A DNA stretch of 64,000 bases from positions 95,728,001 to 95,792,000 of the forward strand of contig OX597823.1 in NCBI GenBank assembly GCA_951406725.2, written 5' to 3'. The stretch is from Octopus vulgaris. Taxonomy: Eukaryota. The notes below the pieces were generated by a model. It made no database searches and had not been told where the DNA came from. It was given only the letters and a program-made list of their open reading frames with translations. The position numbers and the translations under genes were made by a program. This document shows positions 1 to 11,838 of the stretch, piece after piece (the first letter of the stretch is position 1; each line of letters opens with the position of its first letter).

Positions 1-78
1 ATTGAGCACTTCTATAGCAGTCCTATTAAACATTTTGTTCCTGATAAGAAACAATCACTGTATTATTAATATATATAT

Positions 79-1740
79 ATCATCTTCATCATCATCGTTT
101 AACGTCCGCTTTCCATGCTAGCATGGGTTGGACGATTTTGACTGAGGGCTGGCGAACCAGATGGCTGCACCAGGCTCCAATCTTGATCTGGCAGAGTTTC
201 TACAGCTGGATGACCTTCCTAACGCCAACCACTCCGAGAGTGTAGTGGGAGCTTTTTATGTGTTGCCGGCATGGGGCCAGTCACACAGTACTGGCAACGA
301 CCTTGCTCAAATCTATTACCTGTGCCACCGGCACAGGTGCCAGTGAAACAACATTGGTAACGACCACGCTTGAATGGTGCCCTTTTATGTGCCATGGATA
401 CGGAAGCCAGTTGGCTGCTCTGGCAACGATCAAGCTTGGATAGTGCTCTTGGATGGTGCACAGGCATAAGTGCGAGTAAGACGACGCTGGTAACGATCAT
501 ACTCGAATAGCCGCTCTGTCAACGATCACATTCGTATGGTGCTCTTTGCACCCTGCTAGCACGAATGCCAGTCATCGAATTGATTTTGATTTTGACTTCA
601 CTTGCCTCAACAGGTCTTCGCAAATAGAGTTTAGTGACCAAAGAAGGAAAGGTACACATAAGCGGGCTGGTTACGCTCCTGGCATAGGCCACAAGTTAAG
701 GTCTCATTTCATAGGTCACAGGTTATGGTCTCATTTGGCTTGCCGGGTCTTCTCGAACACAGCATATTTCCAAAAGTCTCAGTCTCTAGTCATTTTCTTG
801 GTGAGGCCTAATGTTTAAAGGTCTTGCTTCACCACTTCATCCCAGGTCTTCCTGGGTCTACCTCTTCCACAGGTTCCCTCAACCGCTAGGGTGTGACACT
901 TTTTCACGCAGCTATCCTCATCCATTCTTGCTACATGACCATACCAGTACAGTCGTCTCTTTTGCACACCACATCTAATGCTTCTTAGGTCCAACTTTTC
1001 TCTCAAAGTACTTACACTCTGTCGAGTATGCACACTGACATTACACATCCATCGGATCATACTGGCTTCATTCCTTGCGAGCTTACGCATGTCCTCAGCA
1101 GTCACGGCCCATGATTCAATGCCATGTAGCATAACTGTTCGTACACATGCGTCATACAGTCTATCTTTTACTCTGAGCAAGAGGCCCTTTGTCACCAGCA
1201 GAGTTAAGAGCTCTCTGAACTTTGCCCAAGCTATTCTTGTTCTAGCAGCTACACTTTCAGCGCACCCTCCTCCGCTACTGACTTGGTCACCTAGGTAACG
1301 GAAGCTATCAACTACTTATAGTTTTCCTCCCTGGAATGTGGCGGAAGTTGTTCTCTGCACATTTTCAGTGTTTATTGCCCCCGAGCATCTGCCACATATA
1401 AAAACTATCTTCCCAGTTAGCCTCCCTTTGATATTACTGCACCTCTTATGTGTCCATAGCTTACACTGGGTACATCTTATAGAGTTTCTACCAATGCCTC
1501 CACTACAGATCTAGCAGGGCCATCTACCTGAAGGGATTTGTGGTTTGCCTTCCTTCTTACTTATTGGGACTTTGGTTTTAGCTAGGTTGATTTTAAGGCC
1601 CTTCGATTCTAATCCTTGTTTCCACACTTGAAACTTCTCCTCTAGTTCTGATAGTGACTCAGCAATTAGAGCAAGGTCGTCAGCATAGAGGAGCTCCCAG
1701 GGGCATCCTGTCTTGAATTCCTCTGTTATACCTCCGTTAT
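79..1740 (-). mobile_element. 5'-truncated RTE-clade LINE (RT C-terminal half, PHD-like finger, 3' UTR, (GAT)n tail)
   Basis: ORFs 1511-1747 (WELLYADDLAL) and 815-1195 (RLYWYGHVARM...RGRPRKTW) are near-identical to the + copy at 45350-46492; in-frame stop at 1511; (CAT)n tail at about 79-97; both flanks are (AT)n. Confidence 0.93.
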
Positions 1741-2003
1741 AGCTCAATATATATATATATATATATTGATATAATTTCTCTGATATAGGAAATTTTGTAT
1801 ATATGAATTACTTCTCGTATCTTTAATATACTTATTGGTTCGCACCTATCACTCCTTAGTAATAAAAATACTTTTTCTTACATTCACTTTCACCACCACT
1901 AAGTCAGAAAATTATTTATAAAAATATCACTATGGATGTTTACCTCTTTTATGCATAGCTAGATTCTCAATTTATATTGTAATTTTTAGCTGCAATTTCC
2001 ATT

Positions 2004-2521
2004 GATTGAGAATCAGAATCGAAATCGATCAATGGAAATTGCAGCTGAGTTACCAGTGCCGGTGGCACGTAAGAGAACCATCCGAATGTGGCCATTGCCA
2101 GCGCCACCCAGACTGGCCTCGTGCCGGTGGCACGTAAAAAGCACCATCCATTCGTTGCCGTTTGCCAGACTCGTCTGGCACCACCATCCGTTTGTGGCCG
2201 TTGCCAGCGCCGCCCCGACTGGCCTCGTGCCCGTGGCACGTAAAAAGCACCATCCGTTCTTGGCCGTTGCCAGCCTCGCCTGGCCCCGTGCCGGTAGCAC
2301 GTAAAAAGCACCATCCGTCCGTGGCTGTTTGCCAGCTCCGTCTGGCACCTGTGTGGGTGGCACGTAAAAAGCACCCACTACACTCATGGAGTGGTTGGCA
2401 TTAGGAAGGGCATCCAGCCGTAGAAACACTGCAAGATCAAACTGAGCCTGATGCAGCCTTCTGGCTTCACAGACCCCAGTTGAACCGTCCAACCCATGCT
2501 AGCATGGAAAGCGGACGCTAA

Positions 2522-2551
<30 letters not shown>
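2004..2551 (+). mobile_element. RTE LINE 3'-UTR fragment with internal tandem hairpin repeats and (GAT)n tail
   Basis: Matches 46600-47033; five GTGCCGGTGGCACGTAAAAAGCAC-type units; ends AAAGCGGACGCTAAAT(GAT)n. Confidence 0.9.
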
Positions 2552-2555
<4 letters not shown>

Positions 2556-3080
2556 TAGCTAACATTAGAATATAGAAACGTAAAATTTTTCAAAAAATTT
2601 TTCTTAAGAATTTATCTTAGCCTTATTTCCCCCACATTATTACCTTATTCAACCTCTCAGAAACCCCTTTTTTATCACCAAATGTTCTTTTTCAATAATC
2701 TTAAACACACCAAGTATTTTCTTTCTAAATTCTGTAATATTAACAACTATTCTCCTTTTTTTAGTCCTTCCGCTTAGACTTATTTCACACAAATGAATAT
2801 AATGCTTTATAACTGATAATAAATATTTTTTCCCATTATATTAACCTAATAATTACTCCCTCACAACCCTTAATCTTTTTTCCATTTGAAATTCAAGTAA
2901 CTAATTTTTAAAAATTATATTAACTATTTGTATTTCTTATTCAAGGAATTTTTTAAAACACTTTCTTTTAATATACACCATACTTTATTTTCATTATATA
3001 CCATTCATAACTCTCAAAATCAAATATAAATTTAAATATATCTATGCTGTCCCATTTGAAGCTATTGATATATATACACA

Positions 3081-3130
<50 letters not shown>

Positions 3131-3152
3131 TATATATATTTATATATATATA

Positions 3153-3425
3153 TCATCATCATCATCATTTCACGTCCGCTTTCCATGCTAACATGGGTTG
3201 GACAGTTCAACTGCACCAGACCCAGTCTGATCTGGCAATGCTTCTACGACTGGATGCGCTTCCTAACGCCAACCACTCCGTGAGTGTAGTGGGTGCTTAC
3301 TACATGCCACCGGCACAGGTGCCAGACGAGGTTGGCAAACAGCCACGATCGGATGGTGCTTTTTATGTGCCACCAGCACGGGGGCCAGACGAGGCTGGCA
3401 ACGGCCAAGATCAGATGGTGCTTTG
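3153..3425 (-). mobile_element. RTE LINE 3'-end fragment
   Basis: (CAT)n followed by CACGTCCGCTTTCCATGCTAACATGGGTTGGAC, reverse complement of the RTE tail. Confidence 0.85.
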
Positions 3426-3700
3426 TGTATATATATATATATCACTTAATTACTTATCTTCATCTAGAGAGAATGTTTCTTAAGCATTCCACTTATATTT
3501 CTCCACTTATATTTCCAAACAACTGTTAGCCACATCAGTTATAGTTCAAACACAACCAGACTCAACCCTATCTCAGCATGTTTTTATCTTTCATAAGCAT
3601 ATTATGCATATCTGAATGTCTTATCTGACACTCACTCCATCTTGGCTTCTGTAACAATATAATATTCTTCTGATGTTTTCTTTTTTATGTATCCTTTTTT

Positions 3701-3813
3701 CACACTGAGGAGAATAGTAATAAGTAAATAATTTAATTATAATTAAATTAATTTCTAATTTTTTACCATGTTATTTACATGTTTAACATTACTGTTTGAA
3801 ACGATCGTATGCA
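3701..3813 (+). ncRNA. Type I minimal hammerhead ribozyme motif (family C)
   Basis: CUGAGGA 3705-3711; stem II GAAUAGUAAU/AUUACUGUUU (3712-3721/3788-3797); GAAAC-GAUC-GUA 3798-3809; stem I weak here (CACA/UGCA) but UGCA/UGCA in the paralog at 50451. Confidence 0.7.
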
Positions 3814-4057
3814 TGGATTAAAATTTTGTAAAACTTTTAACACCTCTTCTCCATCTTTAATTGTTTGTTGAGTTTCTATAGAATACCTGTTCTATAAATT
3901 CTCATAACACACCTTATACTTGTAGCATTTTCATATTCAAAAAATTCTTACTACAGTAAGCTACCAATGAAATATGAAGAATCTTTATTAGAAATCTACC
4001 TTTGGCACCTCCAAAGTAAAAGGTGAAATAGAACTCAACATTTTCTCTTATATATAT

Positions 4058-4520
4058 CATCATCATCATCGTTTAACGTCTGTTTCCCATGCTAGCATGG
4101 GTTGGACGGTTTGACCAGGGTCTGGAAAGCCAGGAGGCTGCACCAGGCTCCAGTCTGATCTGGCAGTGTTTCTACAGCTGGATACCCTTCCTAACGCCAA
4201 CCACTCCATGAGTGTAGTGGGTGCTTTTTACGTGCCACCAGCACAGGGCCAGAGGAGGCTAGCAACGTCCACGATGGTTTGATGCTTTTTACGTGCTGAT
4301 GATTTGACTCAGTAGGTCTCCTCAAGCACAGTAGGTCGCCCTGCAATCCAAGGTAAGCACAGCGGGCCATCTTGCAAGCCATGAACTCACTTCATTTGTC
4401 GGGTCTTCACAGTCACAGCATATCTCCAGAGGTCTCGGTCTTTCGTCATTGCCTTTGTGAGGCCCAACATTCGAAGGTCATGCTTGACCACCTCATCCCA
4501 TGTCTTCCTGGGTCTACCTC
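4058..4520 (-). mobile_element. RTE LINE 3'-end fragment including the end of ORF2
   Basis: (CAT)n plus RTE tail; 4440-4520 encodes GRPRKTWDEVVKHDLR on the minus strand. Confidence 0.85.
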
Positions 4521-4879
4521 TGCCTGCTACTATATATATATATCACCATCATCATCATCATATATGCATATAATAAATTGAACTCTCTTTCTCACTCTTC
4601 TCTATCTATACAATATATTTTCTCTCTCTCTCTCTCTCTCTCTCTACAATTTCCTTTGTACACTTGATTTATGCGTTCTTTTAGAATGTGTAAACATATT
4701 TAGTTTTAGTGGAGATTTTTGCCCCACTAAAAAAAAGAAAGAAAGAAGAGAAGAAAAAAGAAAGAAATTCTTTGATAATTAGTTACAAATTTATTTGTTA
4801 CTGCTGCCTAAAACTTTTGCTATTTTATTTTATTATGCCCTTTTTTGTTTTTCCTTATTCTTCCTCCTCCTCCTCCTCC

Positions 4880-6530
4880 TCATCATCATCATCATCAATT
4901 AATTTACTCCATGTTTGTATGGATTGTATGTGTCTTCTCCTTTGCAGTACCATGCCACATGTTGCTGTCCTTTGTCACCTGTGATGATGTAAGATCAGCC
5001 GTTATCACTTTACCCTATCTCTTCCCTGGTTTTCTCCATTCTACAATTTTCTGCCACTCAGATTGCTTAGCCCTTCTTTACTCAACTCTTTCCCTCCATA
5101 TGTATCAGGTGTCTGTACCTGCAGAGTCTCTTCTCATCTGATTCCTCTTATATCTAGTTTTTCTCCCAATTCATTTGTGCTCCAGCATTCCATCCCACTT
5201 TGCACTATACATCCAGTGGAACATGCTGACCTCATTTCTTACCAGCCTCTTGACACACTTTTTCAAGAAATTCTTTGACATGTTAATCTACTGAGAATTG
5301 GGTCAGCAAAAGACACAAGTTACCATGAACTTAATTTTGGTGTTCATGGCCTGAAGAACTTAGAATAAACAAGACAGACTGAGAACTGGGTCACCAGCAT
5401 TCTGAAGTTCCCATGTATGGCTGATCTTAAATTCTCATGCTTATTTCTTATCACTTGGACCATCTCACATTTCTGATTCTATTGTTGCAGAGTATAGGTA
5501 ACCCTCTTAAGTAATGTGTCATTTCTCTTCCATCAACCTGATATTGTTCTTTGCTTCCCCTCTGTTTACCAGTATTTCCAGGCCTGCATTTTTTTTTAGC
5601 TTTTATGACTGAGCTACATACAACCTTCTGAAACCAAACCTTCATGCTCTATCAACAGATCTGGTCTGTGATTTACAGATGATTGTTTCAATGAAATATT
5701 CTCAGTTTTCAATTAATCCCTATCACTTCTTTCTTCTCATCACATCTATCTCCTGGTATTTCTATAAACCCACGTATGACTAAGGGGCCTATCACCTTCG
5801 TACTTTCCTTCTCTACATCATCTGTCTCTATCTAACCCCTGATGTTACTAATTGACTTGTTCTATTCCTGTATTCCTCACTGGATAAAAACTGTATTTAC
5901 AGCCAATTGACTTTCTTCCTTGCTGAAAAGTATGAAACCTGTCTGGATTGCATGTTTACCTGATATCCAGGTGATCAGGTGATTGACCAGTTTCTTGAAA
6001 TTAGTGTTGCAAATGATTAGGTCATTTCCATTACAGAATCCCGTCTTCATTCCTTGTATCATATCCATTCAGTTAGGCATTCTGATGTTGCCCAACATCT
6101 CCATTAACATCATTGGTTGTGATAATGAATCTCGTAAAAACCTCAGAAGAAAGTCAGGGAAATGATTCTTTTGCATGTCTTTTAGACTTGTTTGCAGTGC
6201 ATATGCAAATGTGACCAATGCTATCGTGTTGCCTATGGCTAGTCTTGACTTAATCTGTCACACATTCTGACTACCTCAATTATTCTATCAATTTCTTGTC
6301 AACAGTATACCTACTTCACCCACACAGAAGAATTTGTACTTGTATTTCTTGCCTGTGAGATGTCTGATTGAGGCTCTCCTCCATCTTGCCACTTGCACAC
6401 CACACACATCTACTCATTTCCACTCTAGTAACTCTACACTCTTTCTAAACCATCATGACTGTATTGATGGTGATGTCTATTAAATTTAGCACCTTGTAGG
6501 AAAAGAAGAGTTGTACAATGTTCATCTTCT
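4880..6530 (-). mobile_element. Old degenerate RTE-like LINE (APE endonuclease region and 3' end, internally deleted)
   Basis: ORF 5877-6068 FCNGNDLIICNTNFKK..NHLITW.SG parallels FCDVNDLMVCNTNFRKPTSHLVTYHSG of the 43.9 kb copy; many stops. Confidence 0.75.
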
Positions 6531-6999
6531 GGGTGCAGTCATTTGATGACAATTGAGAAATTTTCATACCTGGCCCTCCCACTAATATGGTGTTAGTTTT
6601 GTACATGCAATGACAGCTTCTTTTTTATTTTATGATTTTGTGATTGCCATAGTTTTTGGTATGTTTTTTGTTTTGTTTTAGTCTTTTTTACAGCTGGATG
6701 CTCGGTTACCAAATTCTCTACAAAATAAACTAGACATACCATATTGTGCCACAAGCACTAACTAAAGCTGAAAGTATTCTAAACAGTTTATTTTTAGAGT
6801 TACACTGCAGCTTGGGGAGCCTATGTCTCCTCTGTGTGTTAAGGCAGAACCCTTATTGTTAACTGTTGGGTTTGCTTGGATTTCCCAAAGTGCTTTTTGG
6901 ATTATCTTTGTTCCTGCAAAACCACGTCTCTCCATTGTGTTGGGGGAGGAAGAGGTTTGCGCAAGATGCCAGACACCTTTTAGTCTGCAGCTGTAGCGA

Positions 7000-7280
7000 A
7001 GGCATGTGGCCAAGTGGTTAGGGTATTTAGCTCACAGTCATAAAGTTGTAAGTTCAATACCTAGTAGCAGTGCATTGTGTCTTTGAGCAAGACACTTTAT
7101 TTCACATTGCTCCAGTCCACTCAGCTGGCAAAGATGAGTTATACCTGTAATTCAAGGGGGCCAGCCTTGTCCCATTCTCTGTCATGCTGAACCTTCCTGC
7201 ACGTATTTGTTTCCTGTGAGCCTTTCCATTGATTGGATCAACTGGAACCTTCGTCATTGTAACTGATGGAGAGCCAGGTT
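7000..7280 (+). mobile_element. tRNA-derived SINE with CORE-like GTGTCYTTGRGCAAGACACTT segment
   Basis: A box TGGCCAAGTGG, B-box-like AGTTCAATAC; related copies on minus at about 10910-11205 and 20450-20780. Confidence 0.75.
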
Positions 7281-7868
7281 TTTTTCAGTCTGCAGCAGGT
7301 GGGCTTAAGATTATCCCCTATATGGAAGGTCGAAAAGGATGAAAGGCAAAGTTGACCTCAGAGAAATTTAAAACGTAGTGGCAGATGAAATACCGCTAAG
7401 CATTTCACCCGGCATGCTAACGATTCTGTCAGCTCACCATCTTCAATAATAATAATGATAATAATCATAATCATAATAATTTAGTTCATGTTTAATCTCA
7501 TGTTATCCTTAATCTAGCAGACATATGATCAAAGGCATTCCAGGCAAGAATAGCTTGTCTTTTATTGAGCCATAGTGTATCTAGGACTACATTATCAAAT
7601 ATGCTTTCTCTTATTTAAGATGACTGGTAGGGAGGTGAGAGAGATTTGATTGCTATTTCTAGCAGATTAAGTGACCTTGTAGAGGCTCTCTCATTATTAA
7701 TCTGGTTTTGTCTATGTTGTAGGTACAAATGTGAAACAACTTCAGAGTTGTTTTGAGTTGATTAAAATAATAATTTACAAGTGTTTTTTGTTTTATTTGA
7801 TTAATTATATTTTATTAATGATAAGCTTTGATTCAGATTTAACAACAATTGATGTATCAAAGAAATTC

Positions 7869-8515
7869 CATTATTTACATTCGACGGACATTTGTCCTCA
7901 TCTTGTTTGTTGTTAACACAACGTTTCTTGGAGAAATTGGGGAAATACCTAAGGTATTTTTTGATGTTTTTATTATTATTCAGATCACTGCCTGGAATTG
8001 AACTCGGAATCTTGGGGTTACTAACCACTACACCATATTGCCCATGGGCAATTATGGAGTAGATTTTAGGGCTTATAAATCTAATATTTTCCTATCCTTC
8101 CTTAATACCGGTTCCCAAATGCTACTCATTTCTGCACTCGCTCTACTTAGGAGGTTGTTGTGTCCTAGCATATGTTCTGCTTCTTTTCGTTTTCATATTT
8201 TTCAGCGGTGTTCTCTGTTTATCATCCCACAGGTGGTCTGCATTTTTCCATACATGATCAGCTATACCCCTGTGGGATGAAGTTAAAATAATAGATAGAG
8301 AACACCACTGGAAAATACGAAAAATAAAAGAAGCAGCACATATGCGAGGACACAACAACCTCCAAAGCAGACCGAGTGCAGATATGAATAGCATATAGGA
8401 ACCGATATTAAGGAAGGATAGGAAAATATTAGATTTATAAACCCTAAAATTCACTCCATAATTGCCCATAGGCTACTAACCCCAGGATTCCAAGTTCGAT
8501 TCCAGGCAGTGACCA

Positions 8516-8568
<53 letters not shown>

Positions 8569-8718
8569 CAACAACATACCTTAGGAAAGAGAACTCAGGT
8601 TCGAAATTTCCCCAAGACACCTGATAAAGGCTGGAGGGTATATTAGCAGAAACGTTGTGTTAACAACAAACAAGATGAGTACAAATATCCATCAAATGTA
8701 AATAATGTACATAATTCC
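7869..8718. mobile_element. Inverted (palindromic) pair of Penelope-like element 3' ends: GIY-YIG C-terminus, tRNA-derived segment, (AAT)n and hammerhead
   Basis: + arm from about 8274 encodes WDEVKIIDREHHWKIRKIKEAAHM...SRPS.DMNSI*EPIL; - arm encodes GIADHVWKNADHLWD; the arms are reverse complements meeting at about 8270. Confidence 0.85.
8616..8661 (+). ncRNA. Type I minimal hammerhead motif (family A), mutated copy
   Basis: GACAC-CUGAUAA-AGGCUG...UAGCA-GAAACGUU-GUGUU; G8>A and a stem II mismatch relative to the consensus of other copies. Confidence 0.6.
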
Positions 8719-8752
8719 ACTTTCCATATTTTTCCTTTTTAACAACTTCTAG

Positions 8753-8792
8753 AAAGAAGTACGCAGACTGAAGATTGGCGCTCAAAAGGACC
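8753..8792 (+). CDS. ITPRID2: ITPRID2/SSFA2-like gene, probable 40-nt internal exon (KEVRRLKIGAQKD-P)
   Basis: Polypyrimidine tract with ttctag acceptor, gtgagt donor; ends in phase 1, matching the next exon at 13473. Confidence 0.6.
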
Positions 8793-9004
8793 GTGAGTAT
8801 TTAATTTACTGATAGAAGTTTATTGGTATGACACATATATGTATGTATATATGTGTGTGTGGAGGGATGTATATATAAAGTGTGTATGTTAAGCCTTTTC
8901 ACACTAAACTACCTGACATCACCCTTGGTTCTTCAATGTCAACTTCCTGTTTTAAAGGGAACTAAATTTAAACTTTCCATCATATTTTCCTTTTTAATTT
9001 ACAT

Positions 9005-9380
9005 GCAGGCATGACTGTGTGCTAAGAAGCTTGCTTCCCAGCCACAGGGATCTGGGTTCAATCCCACTGCATGGCACCTTTGTCAAGTGTCTGCTACAAC
9101 AGCTTCAGACCAACCAAAACATTGTGAGTGGATCTAGTAGATAGAAACTGAAAGAAACCCATCGTATTTATATATTTGTGTGTGTGGTTGTCCCCCACCA
9201 CAGCTTGACAACTGGTGTTAGTGTGTTTACATCCTCATAACTTAGCAGTTCAGCAGAAGGGGCTGATAGAATAAGAACACCAGGCTTAAAATAAAAATAA
9301 GTAATGGGGTCTAACCATTTGACTAAATATTGTTCAAGGCAGTGCTCCAGCATGGCCACAGTCTAATGACTGAAATAAAA
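9005..9380 (+). mobile_element. tRNA-derived SINE (abundant family)
   Basis: Head ...AAGAAGCTTGCTTCCC...GGGTTCAATCCCACTG; homologous copies at about 15630-15970(-), 21690-22060(-), 50710-50830(-), 55700-56030(-), 56980-57330(+), 61080-61480(+). Confidence 0.8.
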
Positions 9381-9534
9381 GATGGACGATAGAAGCTCCA
9401 AACACCAGTTTAAGAAAGAGAAAATTATTTTTTACTGAATTCTTCATTATTTCCAAAATTAATTGAAAAACACTGTATTTGAAGAGAAACGGGTTCACAA
9501 ACGAGTTGATTAGAAAAAAGAGTCAATTAGTGGT

Positions 9535-9900
9535 CATCATCATCATCGTTTAACGTCTGCTTTCCATGCTAGCATAGGTTGGACGATTTGACTGAGGACT
9601 GGCAAACCAAATGGCTGCACCAGGCTTCATTCTTGATCTGGCAGAGTTTCTACTGCTGGATGCCCTTCCTAACGCCAACCGCTCACAGAGTGTAGTGGGT
9701 GCTTTTATGCGCCACCGGCACAGGGGCCAGTGAGGCGGTACTGGCAACAACCTCGCTCAAATGTTTTTACACATGCCACCAGGACAAGTGCCAGTAAGGT
9801 GACTCTGGTAATGATCACACTCGAATGGTGCCTTTTACGTGCCACCAGCACGGAAGCCAGTTAGCTGCTCTGGCAATGATCACGCTCAGATGGTGCTCAT
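9535..9900 (-). mobile_element. RTE LINE 3'-end fragment
   Basis: Same tail as 79-560; further short copies at about 12590-12777, 18933-19115, 23863-24010, 24617-24800, 25490-25660, 42655-42760, 48190-48410, 56660-56750, 60600-60864, 61565-61808, 63595-63680. Confidence 0.85.
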
Positions 9901-10118
9901 TTGAATGCGACGGCATATCTTCTTCACAGAAAGTGAATTGGTTGAACATTATGAAATGGTAAACCTTGAGATTGGTTTAACAAAGATAGACTTGTCTCAT
10001 ATAAAATAAATATCAATTTTCCCTGACACTGTTTTATACTCCAAAGAATGTTGGATTAATGAAAAGAAAAGAGAGATTAGCAGATAAAGAGAAAGAAGGA
10101 TGGGATTAACAAGTGAAT

Positions 10119-10840
10119 TTTGTTGGTGAGTTTCTTAGGTGTTAGAGAGAGAGAGAGGTCAAATCTCAATGTGGAGAGACAATTGGATCCTTGAGGGGCT
10201 GTGATTGTGAAAGGCAGACAGACAGTTTGGTGCTGCCAGGCCTAAGTAGTGGTGTTTGGTCTGTGGCTGAAGTTTAGAACACTTTTGTCATCATATTCCT
10301 ATTGAAAGACACTGACTTTGTTTTAATTAATTTTGAAAATAACGAAGAATTTCATTGTCCTTATTAAGCTGGTGTTTAGAGCCTAAATGAGGATGTCGTT
10401 TTGGGGGAAGGTTTTAATTGAAGTCACATTTCACAAGTGGGAAGTTTATGTCATAGAACAAGGGACAGTTTCAGGTTGGGGGGGAGGGTATTAATAGAGT
10501 TAAGTTTGAAAACCTCTGTCAAAATGTCTCACAACTTCTTTATGAGCTCAAACATTAAAATCTCAAGGATAGACCTATAATTCTATGTAGTCTCTGCTTC
10601 TACTTTACTGGTTTCTCATCTCACCAGGTGGATTTTACCTTCCATTTCTCAACAATGGCTCTTTTTTGCTAATGAGGAGTCAGTGTCATTTTGTATTGAT
10701 TTTTATAATGCTGTGGTGTTCAGTTGCAGACCAAACACTTCTTAGGCCTGGCAGCACCAATCTGTCTGTCTGATCTAATTGCCTCTCCCCATTGAGATTT
10801 GACCCCTCTCTCTCTAACACCTAAGAAACTCCCCAACAAA
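10119..10840. repeat. Imperfect inverted repeat, arms 10119-10271 and 10719-10840
   Basis: TTTGTTGGTGAGTTTCTTAGGTGTTAGAGAGA...GGTGCTGCCAGGCCTAAG is the reverse complement of CTTAGGCCTGGCAGCACC...TCTCTCTAACACCTAAGAAACTCCCCAACAAA. Confidence 0.85.
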
Positions 10841-10874
10841 TGCTAATGTATCAGTTCGTACAGAGATAGATTAA

Positions 10875-11341
10875 CCGTTTAGCATTCAGATTACCCTGTC
10901 AAATGTGGCGGGCACCCCAATGGTTACGATCACACAGGTTCCAGTTGATCTGGTCAACAGAACAGCCTGCTTGGGAAATTAACATAGCTGAGTACTCCAC
11001 AGACACACATACACTTGACTCAGGGAGATTCAGATTGAGACGCAGCATGTAACAATTACTGGTACTACTCTGTTTTGCCAGCTGAGTGGAGCGGAGCAAT
11101 GTAAAATAAAGTGTCTTGCCCAAGAACACATCGCACTGCTGGGAATCGAACTCGCAACCTTACAATCCTGAGTTGAATATCCTCACCACCGAGCCATGAC
11201 CCCTTCACATTGTTTTGAAGGAATCATGAATTACCTCAGTTTTGAGATTTCAAGGACAATGTGAGAGGCCAGATCTGGCCAGTTTGAAGAAAACCAGATG
11301 GAATATTTTAGCTAGAAATGGCTGGTTTAAATGCTAAAGAA
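10875..11341. mobile_element. TTAA-flanked piggyBac-type MITE interrupted by a SINE
   Basis: TTAA|CCGTTTAGCATT ... AATGCTAAAGAA|TTAA; internally homologous to 14256-14475; SINE at about 10910-11205. Confidence 0.65.
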
Positions 11342-11736
11342 TTAAGAGACTTACCATGAAAAATTGAGGACAGTGGGGATGTCTGAAAGCAAGAAAGAAT
11401 GTGTTTACCTGGGTGTCATAAAAACCATTTTCTAAGATATAAGTTAATGTCGTAAAGCATTTGGGAGAGTGTGCCAGTTTGTCAAAGATACGATTCCATG
11501 AAGATCTGGTGCTTCTTCATCAGTAACATGAGTTTGGGCAACTTGTGTGGTTTAGATGAAACAAAGCACATGCATTAGATTTGAACTCAGATCTCTTAAG
11601 CTAGCAACTCAACACTTTATCTGTTTGACCAGTTTCCTTTCACGGCAGAAAACCTGAAATCAATTTCTTTGCCTAGATGCTGCTACATGGGCAAAGTGTT
11701 TCTTCAAGTTACACACAAACACATGCTTGCATGCAC

Positions 11737-11740
<4 letters not shown>

Positions 11741-11800
<60 letters not shown>

Positions 11801-11838
11801 ACTCTCTCTCTCCCTCCCTCTCTCTCCCTCCCTCCCTC
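11741..11838. repeat. (TC)n/(TCCC)n microsatellite
   Basis: Directly visible; one of many microsatellites in the window. Confidence 0.95.

Larger units (their letters stand above)
1770..4040 (-). mobile_element. Highly decayed Penelope-like element remnant, interrupted by RTE 3' fragments
   Basis: Minus-strand translation near 1780-1920 gives NF(L)DLVV...VRTNKYIKDT..NSY (frameshifted), like the PLE RT motif FLDL...T..Y.K.T; hammerhead at 3701-3813; 3660-3915 is homologous to 50420-50660. Confidence 0.45.

Noticed and set aside
2056-2378. CRISPR-like array (palindromic repeat of about 28 nt with about 35-nt spacers)
   Set aside because: Spacers are homologous to each other, the array is part of a LINE 3' UTR, the DNA is eukaryotic and there are no cas genes
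9930-9958. Possible extra 29-nt exon (cacag ... gtaaac)
   Set aside because: Would change phase between 8792 and 13473 and no compensating exon was found
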